Positions 7,793 through 17,070 of a stretch of DNA of 31,455 bases are shown piece after piece (the stretch's first letter is position 1; every line of letters begins with the position of its first letter). Under the pieces are notes generated by a model, which saw only the letters and a list, made by a program, of their open reading frames with translations, searched no databases and was not told the DNA's origin. This stretch comes from a virus. Made by a program: the position numbers and the translations under genes. The DNA is taken from IMG/VR virus record IMGVR_UViG_3300026885_000038; one strand, 5' to 3'.

Positions 7793-8173
7793 TTAATATC
7801 TGGGACCAAATCTGTAGACCCTTACTCCTCCTGACGTGGGACCAGTTGGTGGTCCTCCACCACCAGCCGTGCCGGTGCCGATACCGAAAGCCTGGCTGAA
7901 CTTTGTGTACCACCTGTTCTGTGCGGCCGCATTTTCCACACCATCGGTAAATGCAGTCTTGTAGGCATTGGGGTCATTTGCAAAGTTCTTGTAGTTAGTA
8001 ACATGAACATTGTTTTCGGATACAGCCTGCCCGAAGAAGCTTGTTAGACCCGCAACATAATTATTAGCGTATTTCTTAACATTAGTGGCCCAGATATCAG
8101 CCGCGGCTAAGGTGTTGGTTTCCCACTTCTGTGCGGCTTTTTGTGGATTAGATTTTGCCCTACCGCCTGGCAT
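7793..8173 (-). CDS. Candidate nucleocapsid/DNA-binding structural protein, 126 aa
   Basis: ATG 8173 with its own TTTATTAA box (8201-8208). Basic N-terminus, Ala/Asn/Thr-rich helices, Gly/Pro tail. Confidence 0.4.
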   Translation of the reverse strand: MPGGRAKSNPQKAAQKWETNTLAAADIWATNVKKYANNYVAGLTSFFGQAVSENNVHVTNYKNFANDPNAYKTAFTDGVENAAAQNRWYTKFSQAFGIGTGTAGGGGPPTGPTSGGVRVYRFGPRY

Positions 8174-8211
8174 GTTCTCCACTTAATAATTAGATTTAAG
8201 GTTAATAAAGA

Positions 8212-8928
8212 TTAGGTTCGAGATTCATCCTTTTCGTTCCTCATCTCCCTCAATCTGTACAGAAAGGTGTTATCGACCTCATTTATCTTTTTCACAAGCT
8301 TCAAACCGTTAAGAAATCTGAAATCAGTAAACTTGTCAGCCACCGTCATTAATTGTACAAATCTCAACAACTGTAGCCCGTAATAGTTGCGTATGCCCGT
8401 ATCCCACAAGGTATATAACTCGTCCTTATCCACGTTGTCAAACACGCCAGTGTTAAACGCCTGTATCAACAACGTTTTGTAGCTAACGTCGGAAACGGCC
8501 TGCCCTCCAACCACAACCTTCCACCAATTCCTAACCTTCACACCTCTAGCCTCAAAGAATGACAATGGTGGTGTGTCAACCCATATCGTCTGTACGGAAT
8601 ACCTTGGTCTATCCTCCTCGATAACCACTAATCCCCTCTCCTTAAAGGGCTTATCAGTCCCATCATACCAGTATGATGGGTGATCCAAGTGTAACACAAC
8701 CTTGTTACCGTCAAAATCTAGTTTTGGATAGTCCTCGTACCTATCCAGTGTAATACAAACGTAACCCAACTCCTCACAAGCCTTCCTTATCGAGTAAGTC
8801 TTCCCACTGCCAGTATGCCCAACAACCTGTATTACGTTTTCGTTTGCCAACTCCTGCTTTATCCTGTCTATTGCCCTGGGCCTAAACGTTGTATCCTTTG
8901 GTTTAGATGTGGAGGACAATTCTATCAC
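8212..8928 (-). CDS. P-loop ATPase resembling a degenerate RFC large subunit
   Basis: GHTGSGKT followed by ACEELGY. No clear DExD Walker B. Same operon as the RFC small subunit. Confidence 0.55.
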   Translation of the reverse strand: MIELSSTSKPKDTTFRPRAIDRIKQELANENVIQVVGHTGSGKTYSIRKACEELGYVCITLDRYEDYPKLDFDGNKVVLHLDHPSYWYDGTDKPFKERGLVVIEEDRPRYSVQTIWVDTPPLSFFEARGVKVRNWWKVVVGGQAVSDVSYKTLLIQAFNTGVFDNVDKDELYTLWDTGIRNYYGLQLLRFVQLMTVADKFTDFRFLNGLKLVKKINEVDNTFLYRLREMRNEKDESRT

Positions 8929-9568
8929 CCAAACAGATTATTTGGTAGCCACACACATCACACTTTGAATAGGTACGCTTAAACTCCTTGTCGTTGATCA
9001 TCGTTTCAATCTCCGTAGTAACGTCGAAAGGTTCCACCTCCTCCCAATTGCCCCAATCCAGGAAGACAACGTAAGCCTTGTCCGCATTTACCATCCACGA
9101 GTAAATCGACAACTGGCGTAAAATGTCCTCAGTCACGTAACCATTGTAACCAGTCTTCCAATCAACGATAACATACTTATCCCCAGCCTTCAACAACAGG
9201 TCGATTACACCAACTATCGTAACACCCTTATACTCCTTCGTAATCTTCTTCTCCGAGGCAACAAACCTGTACATTCTCTCCTTCCTCCAAACCTCAAACT
9301 TGGCAAAGTTAAGCAAGGAGTTCTCGATCTGTTCACTGTGTATACTTGAGATGGTGTGGTAAATTTGTGACAACCTTAACTTAATCTCAGTAAGCGTATA
9401 ACCCTCCACATCACCCTTGTAAAATTCCTCAATAATCTTGTGTGTAATCGTACCCCTCTCTAGACTCTCCTTGTAGTATGGGGCAATCTCCTTAAAGCCC
9501 ATTATCTTGTAGTAAGCCATTCTGGGGCATTCGAAGTACATGTTAAGCGTTGTTGGGCTTACCCTCAC
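8903..9568 (-). CDS. Cas4/AddB-like PD-(D/E)xK exonuclease with 4-Cys Fe-S staple
   Basis: ECPR, RGTITH, IDLL, IVDWKTG, QLSIY and CDVCGYQIIC. Confidence 0.9.
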   Translation of the reverse strand: MRVSPTTLNMYFECPRMAYYKIMGFKEIAPYYKESLERGTITHKIIEEFYKGDVEGYTLTEIKLRLSQIYHTISSIHSEQIENSLLNFAKFEVWRKERMYRFVASEKKITKEYKGVTIVGVIDLLLKAGDKYVIVDWKTGYNGYVTEDILRQLSIYSWMVNADKAYVVFLDWGNWEEVEPFDVTTEIETMINDKEFKRTYSKCDVCGYQIICLGDRIVLHI

Positions 9569-10475
9569 TGGTTACCACCTCGTAGAATAACCTAGCGACA
9601 ACACTACTTAACTGTATTAACGGGTTTGCCCCCTCCTTCACAGCCTGCTCAGCCCTAGCCAGCTCCATAAGGCAAACGGCACGATACCTCATATCAAGTT
9701 TTGAGATACTTTGGTAAATCTTTCTAAAGGCTAAGTTGTAGTCCAACCCCAAGTTCGTGTACACATCCTCCAATTGCTTTAAAGCCTCATTCAGATCTCC
9801 CTTCATTGCCAACTGTAACACGGAGTTCATTAGGTTGGGTGATACGAGTAACTTAAGGTAGTTAAGGCTAATGTTACCACCAATAATACTCTGCTCAAGT
9901 AAGTTCATTGTCCTCCTCAGGTCACCCTCACTCAACTCCACAATACCATTAATAACCTGTTGTACCTCTTCCTTACTCTTGAACTTCACGTTCTCCTCCT
10001 TAAGCACCCTAACGATCATCCTTGTAAGTTCGTCCTTTGGTATGGGCTTAAACCTAAACAACGAGCACCTACTTTTTATTGCGTCTATAATGTTACTCTC
10101 ATTGTTGCCAGTAAGTATGAAGTGCGTGCTCTTCGTCTCCTCCATAATCCTCCTTAATGCAAACTGGGCATTCTGTGTCATTGCGTCAAACTCGTCCAGT
10201 AGTATAATCTTCTCCTCTACGTTCATGGCTATTGGCTTTATCCTCTCCCTTATGAACTCCAGTGTCCTGTCGTCACTGGCGTTGAACTCTATAATTGGTA
10301 TACCAGCGTCGTGTGCGAATGCATAGGCAGTACTTGTCTTTCCTAAACCTGGAGGACCTACAAACATGAGGTGTGGAAAGTCCTTTCTCCTAATGAACTC
10401 CTTCAATGCCGCCACTATCTCCTCTTGTCCAACAATCTCATCCAACGTTTTTGGACGGTACTTTTCCGACAACAT
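9543..10475 (-). CDS. rfcS: Replication factor C small subunit (clamp loader)
   Basis: EKYRPKTLDEIVGQ, GPPGLGKT, EFNASD, LDEFD, SRC. ATG 10475 overlaps the polB stop (TAATG). Confidence 0.95.
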   Translation of the reverse strand: MLSEKYRPKTLDEIVGQEEIVAALKEFIRRKDFPHLMFVGPPGLGKTSTAYAFAHDAGIPIIEFNASDDRTLEFIRERIKPIAMNVEEKIILLDEFDAMTQNAQFALRRIMEETKSTHFILTGNNESNIIDAIKSRCSLFRFKPIPKDELTRMIVRVLKEENVKFKSKEEVQQVINGIVELSEGDLRRTMNLLEQSIIGGNISLNYLKLLVSPNLMNSVLQLAMKGDLNEALKQLEDVYTNLGLDYNLAFRKIYQSISKLDMRYRAVCLMELARAEQAVKEGANPLIQLSSVVARLFYEVVTSEGKPNNA

Positions 10476-12655
10476 TACTCCCACAACTCCAGTGTGATAC
10501 CGTTTGTTATTCCCAAATTCTTGAATGGTCCTTCAATGACCGCCTCAATCTGCCTCTTCCAATCCACAATAGGCTTTGGTAACCCGTCATCAACAACACA
10601 CACATCAGCCGAGATTCCGTTTTCGTAACCCTTACACCAAACGTACCTTATCCTACTACCATAACCGTAGTTTTTGTTAAAGTATTTGTTAGCCAGGACT
10701 GCCGCTCTAACGTGCGGCGGAAGGGTTTTGTACTCGTCAATTCTCCTCGTAATACCCCTGTACAAAGCCACATCCTCCAAGGGTAACTCCTTTATCTTTC
10801 GTATGAAGTCATTCTTAACCTGTATTACCTCAGTCATAGGTCTTCCCTCAAGTAGTAGCTCAAACACCTTCTCCTCCAACTCCTGAGTAATCTTGGAGGA
10901 GTCAGTCCTTATCGCCTCAAATCCCTTAATGTCAATCTCGTTAACCTGTTTTCCCTTCTTCCACACAACCTTAGCCGCATACCTCTTCTTCACACCAGTG
11001 AAATAGACTGCCCCCAAGTACTTCTCAAACTTTAGGCTTAAGGTAGGTTCGGACTTCAACGAGTACTTCTCCATGAAGTATCGACGTAGATCATTCGTCA
11101 ACTGCTTGGACAATTCCTCCGCCTTTTCGAAGGGCACTTGTATGAATACGCTGTCTGTGTCACCGTACAACGTTTTATGCCCGTAACGTTTGGACTGTTC
11201 AATAACGTACTGTATACCCTCCCTAGCCAACGCCGTTATTGTACTTGCACAATCCCTGTCGTAAAACCTAGCCTGCGGATGACCCATGTAACCGTATGCT
11301 GAGTTTATTATGTATTTTAAAGCCATCACCTTCTTCTCCAAAGTTTTATACTCCTCGCTATCGCCAGGGTACTTCTTCATCTCATCCTCCAACTCCTCCC
11401 TCCTCTTTAGTAGAATCATAGCTAACTTGGGCATTAACCCCGTCTTATCCTGCCTAAAAGCCCATATCTCATCAGTAATACGCTTTAACTTTGTCTCTGG
11501 AGACACGTTGAAACTAATGATAATGGATGGGTAATACCTCGACATATCTAGGACGGCAACGTTCTCATACCTTCCCGATGGTGGATTTAACACGATTGCA
11601 CCCCTAACGGGGTTCTCATCCCTATCGACACTAGTTGGCAACACCACACCCTCTCTCTTTGCCAACCTAAGTAGTAAAGTGTCAATCACAATACTCGTGT
11701 AATACTGGAATGAGAAGTCCTCCACACCAACTACGTTCTTCAAAGCCTGGTAGTAATCAACAATTGAGTACTTTTTATCTATCATCACAATCCTCCATAC
11801 ATCACGAATGTTGTAACGTATTATCTCGTTGGGATTTTTGTTAACCTTCACAAACTCCACTGCCTCCTCCTTCTTCTCCAATCCCTCCGCAACAGTTACC
11901 TCCTTCAACTTATAACTCCTCGCCCTAACAAACTCCTTATAACCGGAGAGTAAATCCAACTCCAACCATCCGTTGTAAGTAAACTTCACGTTGAGGTGTT
12001 TTGCCCTGGCGTAAAGGTACCTCATGTCAAAACTAACATTCCACGCCGTAACAATATCCACATCCTTTATCAGGTTGTAAACCTCCTGTATCAAGTCCTT
12101 TTCGTTAGTGAAGCTACGGGCGTGGAGGTACAAAACGTACTCCTTGTCGTTTGCAGTTAGCTTGTAGTAACCAGTCCTTTCCTTTGCTACATCATTCAGG
12201 TAATAGGCGTGATAATTACCCTGTATGTGTACTGTCACAGCAACAATCTTGTATATGGGGTTTTCCTCAGAGGGTAATTCACCGTTCTCATTATCCACCT
12301 CAATGTCAATATAGGCAACAACGGGCTTAATCGTACAGGGTTTTGCCTCAAGTGTGTCAATGTCATGGCATTCCTGTATATCCTTGTCTATGAGGTACCT
12401 TCTCACGTAGGGTATATCAGCCTCGTAATGCCTCTCATACTTCTCCCTAGCAGTCCTTACATCAATGGGAGTGTTGACGTAAACCCTATCCAACGGCTCA
12501 CCAAACACACTCCTGTACACCCCAAGTTTTGACGGTACGTAGAAGAATGGTCTGTACTGGTAAACTTTGTACTTTTTACCGCTTTCCGTCCTCCACCAGA
12601 TGCCTATATCTCTCTCGTTTACAACACGGCTAGTTATGTACAAACCAACCGTCAT
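10475..12655 (-). CDS. polB: RNA-primed family B DNA polymerase with proofreading domain
   Basis: IDIE, WNVSFD, YNIRDV, DMSRYYPS, KYIINSAYG, YGDTDS. ATG 12655 overlaps the dpdA stop (ATGA). Confidence 0.97.
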   Translation of the reverse strand: MTVGLYITSRVVNERDIGIWWRTESGKKYKVYQYRPFFYVPSKLGVYRSVFGEPLDRVYVNTPIDVRTAREKYERHYEADIPYVRRYLIDKDIQECHDIDTLEAKPCTIKPVVAYIDIEVDNENGELPSEENPIYKIVAVTVHIQGNYHAYYLNDVAKERTGYYKLTANDKEYVLYLHARSFTNEKDLIQEVYNLIKDVDIVTAWNVSFDMRYLYARAKHLNVKFTYNGWLELDLLSGYKEFVRARSYKLKEVTVAEGLEKKEEAVEFVKVNKNPNEIIRYNIRDVWRIVMIDKKYSIVDYYQALKNVVGVEDFSFQYYTSIVIDTLLLRLAKREGVVLPTSVDRDENPVRGAIVLNPPSGRYENVAVLDMSRYYPSIIISFNVSPETKLKRITDEIWAFRQDKTGLMPKLAMILLKRREELEDEMKKYPGDSEEYKTLEKKVMALKYIINSAYGYMGHPQARFYDRDCASTITALAREGIQYVIEQSKRYGHKTLYGDTDSVFIQVPFEKAEELSKQLTNDLRRYFMEKYSLKSEPTLSLKFEKYLGAVYFTGVKKRYAAKVVWKKGKQVNEIDIKGFEAIRTDSSKITQELEEKVFELLLEGRPMTEVIQVKNDFIRKIKELPLEDVALYRGITRRIDEYKTLPPHVRAAVLANKYFNKNYGYGSRIRYVWCKGYENGISADVCVVDDGLPKPIVDWKRQIEAVIEGPFKNLGITNGITLELWE

Positions 12656-13644
12656 AACCAACCCTCCACGTTCTCCATGTACGACACGTAATCGTAAAGC
12701 CCCTTATCCTTCAACGCCACGTCAATTAAGTTCGAACTGTACAGGTTGTAAACGTGGTCGTAGAAATCCAGTAACCTCCACAGGTTGTGTAGTGTTAGCT
12801 TTACATACCAGTTGATGTCTATGTAAACGTCCTTCGTAAAATTAAACCTAGTACAGACTGGGCAATGGCACCTAACCTCAGATGAATACCTCTTGCCAAT
12901 GTAAATAGCCGAATTCTGTGTGTAAAACCTTCCGTATGCCGCCGCCATGCTGTACTTGCTACTATCCATACTTATCAGCTCAAAGTAATTCCTCTTCAGT
13001 AAGGCCGCACTAATTAGCATCGCACCCTCATTACCAGCACCAAGCAAGTGTATCTTTTTAACACCGTTTTGGTAAAGGTATAACATTTGCCTAACCATGG
13101 TGGCGTAGTTTGTAGTCGGTCTAAAGGCTATTGCCACACCCTCAAGGTCATCAACGTAATCCCTTATTGCGTACTTGTACCAAATTTCAATCTGTTCTAA
13201 AGTATCACCGTGTAGGATACCCCACAGTGGCTTATCCACCTTATCCAACATAATCTTGTTATTTTCACCAGTCATCTTGGCGTAATCCTCAATCTTCTCC
13301 AGGCTAACAGACTCCATGGTATCGTTAACTCCTGCAGGTGCGTAGTCCAAACTTAAAGCCCAGTCCGCATACTCGTTCTGAAAGTCAATCAGCTCATTGA
13401 TATTCACGGATAAGCCTATAGTGAAGGTTTGCAACCCACCACTATCAACGAAGACAAAGGCGTTACAGTCCTTCAACAATTCCTTCCTTAACTTTGCCTT
13501 AGTTTGTTTCGCAGATCCATAGGATAACATTACCTTCTTGTATCCTATCGGTGATTCGTCGCACCAGTAAATCATCTCCTTTGGCAAACTGTGTAGTACC
13601 GCTAAGTAACTACCCGTAATAGCTGGAAAGAAGTACAGATTCAC
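12652..13644 (-). CDS. dpdA: TGT-fold guanine transglycosylase, DpdA-like (probable DNA base exchange)
   Basis: VDSGG, LDY, IHLLG, MDSS and zinc site CHCPVC..HN. Catalytic barrel only, no PUA extension. Coupled to polB. Confidence 0.8.
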   Translation of the reverse strand: MNLYFFPAITGSYLAVLHSLPKEMIYWCDESPIGYKKVMLSYGSAKQTKAKLRKELLKDCNAFVFVDSGGLQTFTIGLSVNINELIDFQNEYADWALSLDYAPAGVNDTMESVSLEKIEDYAKMTGENNKIMLDKVDKPLWGILHGDTLEQIEIWYKYAIRDYVDDLEGVAIAFRPTTNYATMVRQMLYLYQNGVKKIHLLGAGNEGAMLISAALLKRNYFELISMDSSKYSMAAAYGRFYTQNSAIYIGKRYSSEVRCHCPVCTRFNFTKDVYIDINWYVKLTLHNLWRLLDFYDHVYNLYSSNLIDVALKDKGLYDYVSYMENVEGWL

Positions 13645-14123
13645 TGACTACACCTCCTTGTAACCATAACACTGTTGTTTCGTATTCCTCTCATTAACAC
13701 ACAGTAGTGTTTACCAGTAACCTCAACACTTAGCCGTTTTGGTTGAAGACAGGAATGGAGTATCTCGTAAAGTAAGCTAGTGTATTCCTCCTGTACTCTG
13801 GGATACCTGGCTAAGTCCCTTGCTATTCTACTGAACTTCGACATGCCCAGTATCCTTCCGTTGGGTACGTACACGATCTCTATCTTCATATCCACTGGAA
13901 GGAAGTGGTGTGGGCATAACATGTATGTATCTTTAACTACAATCTTAACCTCTCCTTGATGGTTGCTTGGGAAGGTTACACAGTACTTCTCCTTTATCTC
14001 CTCCAACGGGATGAGGGTAGTATACTCCTCCAGCCACCTCTGCATCCTCAATGGTGTCCTGCTGAAGTGTGGGTCGCTTAGATCTACGTTTTTAAATACG
14101 TCAATAGCCCCTTTCTCTGCCAT
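13641..14123 (-). CDS. folE: GTP cyclohydrolase I
   Basis: LCPHHFLP, GMSKFSR, VQE, HYCVLMRG. Confidence 0.93.
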   Translation of the reverse strand: MAEKGAIDVFKNVDLSDPHFSRTPLRMQRWLEEYTTLIPLEEIKEKYCVTFPSNHQGEVKIVVKDTYMLCPHHFLPVDMKIEIVYVPNGRILGMSKFSRIARDLARYPRVQEEYTSLLYEILHSCLQPKRLSVEVTGKHYCVLMRGIRNNSVMVTRRCSQ

Positions 14124-14784
14124 GTGCCACCACGTGTATCTGTAAGTATGCCTTGAACATTGTATACCTTTGACTTACCAGGTCAAACAACCTCGTAAAC
14201 ATGTTGAGGTCGCTTGTGGTTACGTAAACGGGGTAATCCCTCAACAACATGGCGTAGTCCTGCAATATCTCATCTAGGTCTTCCGGTAGCTTACTCGTTA
14301 CGAACTTAAATATCGTCCTATCTGGGCTATACTCGTTATTGGCATACCTGTAATTCACCCCTGAACTTCTCAGCTTTGGAGAGACAGCCCAGTAAACCTT
14401 GGAGTGATCACTGTTCAATGCCTTCTGTATCTCATCGGGTATTCTAACCGTGCCATTCGTCTCTATCACAAACGCCTCGAATCTATTGTACAACTTTTTG
14501 TACAATGAATAAACTTGTGTTATGTACATCGTAGGCTCCCCACCCGTTATCACAAGTACTCTAATTCCCTTCTGTTTGCTTACATCAGCCACCCACTTTG
14601 CTATACTGTCAATATCTCGTAAAGTATAGTCACCCGTATCGTAGCTGTACTTAGTGTCACACCAAACGCACCTTAAGTTACATCCGTAGAACCTAAGGAA
14701 GGTTGATGGGTAACCCCACAACGGTGGCTCGCCGTTAATACTAGTAAACACCTCGTTGACTGGTAACGCATTAGTTGACGGCAT
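14101..14784 (-). CDS. queE: 7-carboxy-7-deazaguanine synthase (radical SAM)
   Basis: EVFTSINGE, RFYGCNLRCVWCDT, ITGGEP, IETNGT, VSPK. Confidence 0.95.
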   Translation of the reverse strand: MPSTNALPVNEVFTSINGEPPLWGYPSTFLRFYGCNLRCVWCDTKYSYDTGDYTLRDIDSIAKWVADVSKQKGIRVLVITGGEPTMYITQVYSLYKKLYNRFEAFVIETNGTVRIPDEIQKALNSDHSKVYWAVSPKLRSSGVNYRYANNEYSPDRTIFKFVTSKLPEDLDEILQDYAMLLRDYPVYVTTSDLNMFTRLFDLVSQRYTMFKAYLQIHVVAHGRERGY

Positions 14785-14786
14785 GA

Positions 14787-15197
14787 CTATTCCACCACTA
14801 CGTTGTAGTTTATTCTGGATTTATCGTTTTCTTCCACCTTTATGGAGTAGGACTGTACTTTAGCCTTCCTACTGTTCACCTTCTTTATTATCTCACCAAA
14901 GGGTATGGCAGATTCAAGGTACATGGCAAGTCTTTCTGCCGATGCGTTATCCCCAACGTAATCGTTTAACGACTTGTGATCAATCCCATCAATCACCGGT
15001 TTCACGTACTCGTCCAACTCCATAAAGTCCATATAATAACCTACCTCCGGTAATTCAGTAATATCGGCTGTGATACAGATTGTTATCAAGTAGTTATGCC
15101 CATGTAGATTACGGCATTTAGTGTCGTGTGCCAACGCTATCCTATGTGCCATACTAGCCCTGTAATCTTTACAAATCTCTAGTATTCTTTGCGTCAT
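14787..15197 (-). CDS. queD: 6-carboxy-5,6,7,8-tetrahydropterin synthase
   Basis: AHRI, CRNLHGHNY, MDF, IDHKSLND, SAERLA. Confidence 0.95.
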   Translation of the reverse strand: MTQRILEICKDYRASMAHRIALAHDTKCRNLHGHNYLITICITADITELPEVGYYMDFMELDEYVKPVIDGIDHKSLNDYVGDNASAERLAMYLESAIPFGEIIKKVNSRKAKVQSYSIKVEENDKSRINYNVVVE

Positions 15198-15364
15198 CAG
15201 TCCTCACCTAAGTCCCTTCTCACCAAGTCCCGTATGTACTCTGCGTACGTCCTGTATCCCTTCTCTTTCATACTTCTATCCACTCTTGCCCTCCATTCTG
15301 ACGGTAGGGACACCGTCAGAACCCATAGATCCTTCGTTTTTTCTAAACTTTTTTCTTCATACAT
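15197..15364 (-). CDS. Ribbon-helix-helix (CopG/NikR-like) transcription regulator, 55 aa (not in ORF track)
   Basis: Translated by hand: MYEEKSLEKTKDLWVLTVSLPSEWRARVDRSMKEKGYRTYAEYIRDLVRRDLGED*. TGATG overlap with queD. TTTTTATA box at 15387-15394. Confidence 0.85.
   Translation of the reverse strand: MYEEKSLEKTKDLWVLTVSLPSEWRARVDRSMKEKGYRTYAEYIRDLVRRDLGED
15296..15321. repeat. Perfect 10-bp inverted repeat inside the RHH gene
   Basis: TTCTGACGGT-AGGGAC-ACCGTCAGAA. Confidence 0.9.
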
Positions 15365-15378
15365 TGAGTAAAAAGGGC

Positions 15379-15403
15379 GACACTAATATAAAAAGTCTGT
15401 GTT
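15379..15403 (-). promoter_or_regulatory. Promoter of the RHH-queD-queE-folE-dpdA-polB operon, with an AACACAG motif
   Basis: TATA at 15387-15394. ACAC and GTGT half-sites flank it. Confidence 0.65.
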
Positions 15404-15428
15404 TTCTACCCAAAAACTATGGAATTAT

Positions 15429-16358
15429 TCAGTCATACCACCAATTGTGGTATTCACAAGTATTACAACCTATTCCCCTCTGCTTCAACACGGAACAGGA
15501 GGCTGGGAATAGCTTCTTCTGCTTCACCTTTTCATACAACTTGATGACGTGGTATTTACTTATATTGTAGTCGAAATTCTCCCATCCCATCTTCCTCAAA
15601 ATGTTGACAACACTCTCAACATCGTAACCAAGGTAGATTAGCTCAAGGGCAAACTGCGTCCTTATAAAGTGATCAGGTTTCTTAGTGTACGCCTGTCTAA
15701 AAACACAAGGTCGTACAATCTCACTAACCGTACTTAACTCCACATCGTCAATCTTGTAACTAGTAACCTCAAAGGACACGTCCTTAACCTTCCTACTGTA
15801 ATCTACATAAACGGTTATGTCGTACTCCTTGCCGTGATGGATGATGAGAGGATTCGGATGTTCACTGTCCTTAAGTATAGTGTTGAAATCGGCATGACAC
15901 GGCACGTAGGTGCAATACCTTCCGTTTAAGTGAATTGTGTTTGGTATACGAATCAGTCCATTACCCGTAGCCAACCTTATGCTGGTGTTGTAGTCCCAAC
16001 TTTTTAACTGTAATTCATCTCGTATGTAGTTTATAAATCCCATAAAATACAGTTTTGTCATTTCATTCAATGGGATCGGCTTTATCTTCAGATAGAAGTG
16101 AAAACCCTTCCTTCCACTAAAAACGTGTACGTGTTGAAAATCACTAAAGTACTCACAAAGGGCGTTGTTGTCCTCATAACTAGTAACACCATCCAAGTCA
16201 AAGATGAAGTAGTTAATTTGGCTAGAGAATTTGTAGGGGTTATAAAAAAGATTTGCAATACCATTATACCTGTTTATTACGGGTTGTATATCATCCACTA
16301 CCTTTCTAAAAAACTTACCTCCGTTTTCAATACCAACCTCAAACTTCAATCTCCTCAC
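15429..16358 (-). CDS. AEP primase (PriS-like) fused to a PriL-like C-terminal Fe-S domain
   Basis: FDLD, SGRKGFH, IRIPNT, then RPC..H..R..SC..L...G.C..C. GTG start overlaps the PCNA stop. Confidence 0.85.
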   Translation of the reverse strand: MRRLKFEVGIENGGKFFRKVVDDIQPVINRYNGIANLFYNPYKFSSQINYFIFDLDGVTSYEDNNALCEYFSDFQHVHVFSGRKGFHFYLKIKPIPLNEMTKLYFMGFINYIRDELQLKSWDYNTSIRLATGNGLIRIPNTIHLNGRYCTYVPCHADFNTILKDSEHPNPLIIHHGKEYDITVYVDYSRKVKDVSFEVTSYKIDDVELSTVSEIVRPCVFRQAYTKKPDHFIRTQFALELIYLGYDVESVVNILRKMGWENFDYNISKYHVIKLYEKVKQKKLFPASCSVLKQRGIGCNTCEYHNWWYD

Positions 16359-17068
16359 TTTACTCTCTGGTTAAGTAGATAGGCTATCACCGAGTACTTG
16401 TCTGGTTTCCCTATCATTAACTGGTAAGCCTTACCCTTCATCAAAACTAGGCTAATCTTGCCACTTAACACGCTAGTTATCTTGTTGATTAGGTTGGCGT
16501 CAAAATAGACGTCGAAGTCCTCAGTGGCCTTTTCACCGTAGAATATACGTGATGACTCTCCCTCTAGGTACTTAAACTTTATCATCAATCCCTTTTCGTT
16601 ACTTACAAGCTCCATTGTATTCTCATCCGTCTTTATGCTAGCAAGTGCGTCTGCGTCTACTGTATAGTTCGCTATGATTGTCCTTTCGAAAACTGGCAAC
16701 TGTCCAAACTCGAACGACTTGGGTTTCATAATGTTGTCAAATACGGTATCCTCCCTCATCTTCACCACGTAGCTGGTGTCACTATTGGAGATTATAATAT
16801 CTGTATCCGTCACAGTAAACTCAGCGATTGGATTATACTTAAACAGGTTTCTTATTACCTTCATTGTACTATCAGCCGAGATCACTACCTTCTTATCCAA
16901 CGGCAGGTACTCCCTGCTGTACTTGGCGTGTATCCCTACCATCCTACCCTTATCCATCAAATCCACGTTTACTGTCTTCTCGTCGGGTGTTAGCTTTACA
17001 ACATCTATGTACCCATCCAAACTTACTTGCTTTATTACGTCGTACAACCTATTCAAGTCGAACTGCAT
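16355..17068 (-). CDS. pcna: PCNA-like sliding clamp
   Basis: 237 aa, two-domain length, MDKGRMVGI segment, located among replication genes. Confidence 0.7.
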   Translation of the reverse strand: MQFDLNRLYDVIKQVSLDGYIDVVKLTPDEKTVNVDLMDKGRMVGIHAKYSREYLPLDKKVVISADSTMKVIRNLFKYNPIAEFTVTDTDIIISNSDTSYVVKMREDTVFDNIMKPKSFEFGQLPVFERTIIANYTVDADALASIKTDENTMELVSNEKGLMIKFKYLEGESSRIFYGEKATEDFDVYFDANLINKITSVLSGKISLVLMKGKAYQLMIGKPDKYSVIAYLLNQRVK

Positions 17069-17070
17069 TT

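Noticed and set aside
8903-9568. Cas4-like gene as evidence of a CRISPR-Cas system
   Set aside because: No cas1, cas2 or array. Solo Cas4-like nucleases are common in archaeal viruses.
10475-12655. Inteins in polB or nrdJ, and a canonical PIP box in PolB
   Set aside because: Lengths and motif spacing leave no room for inteins and no splicing motifs were seen. The C-terminal GITLELW lacks the conserved Gln, so it is at most a weak PIP.
12652-13644. Plain tRNA-modifying ArcTGT as the main call
   Set aside because: No PUA or C-terminal domains, and it is coupled to polB. Not fully excluded without phylogeny.
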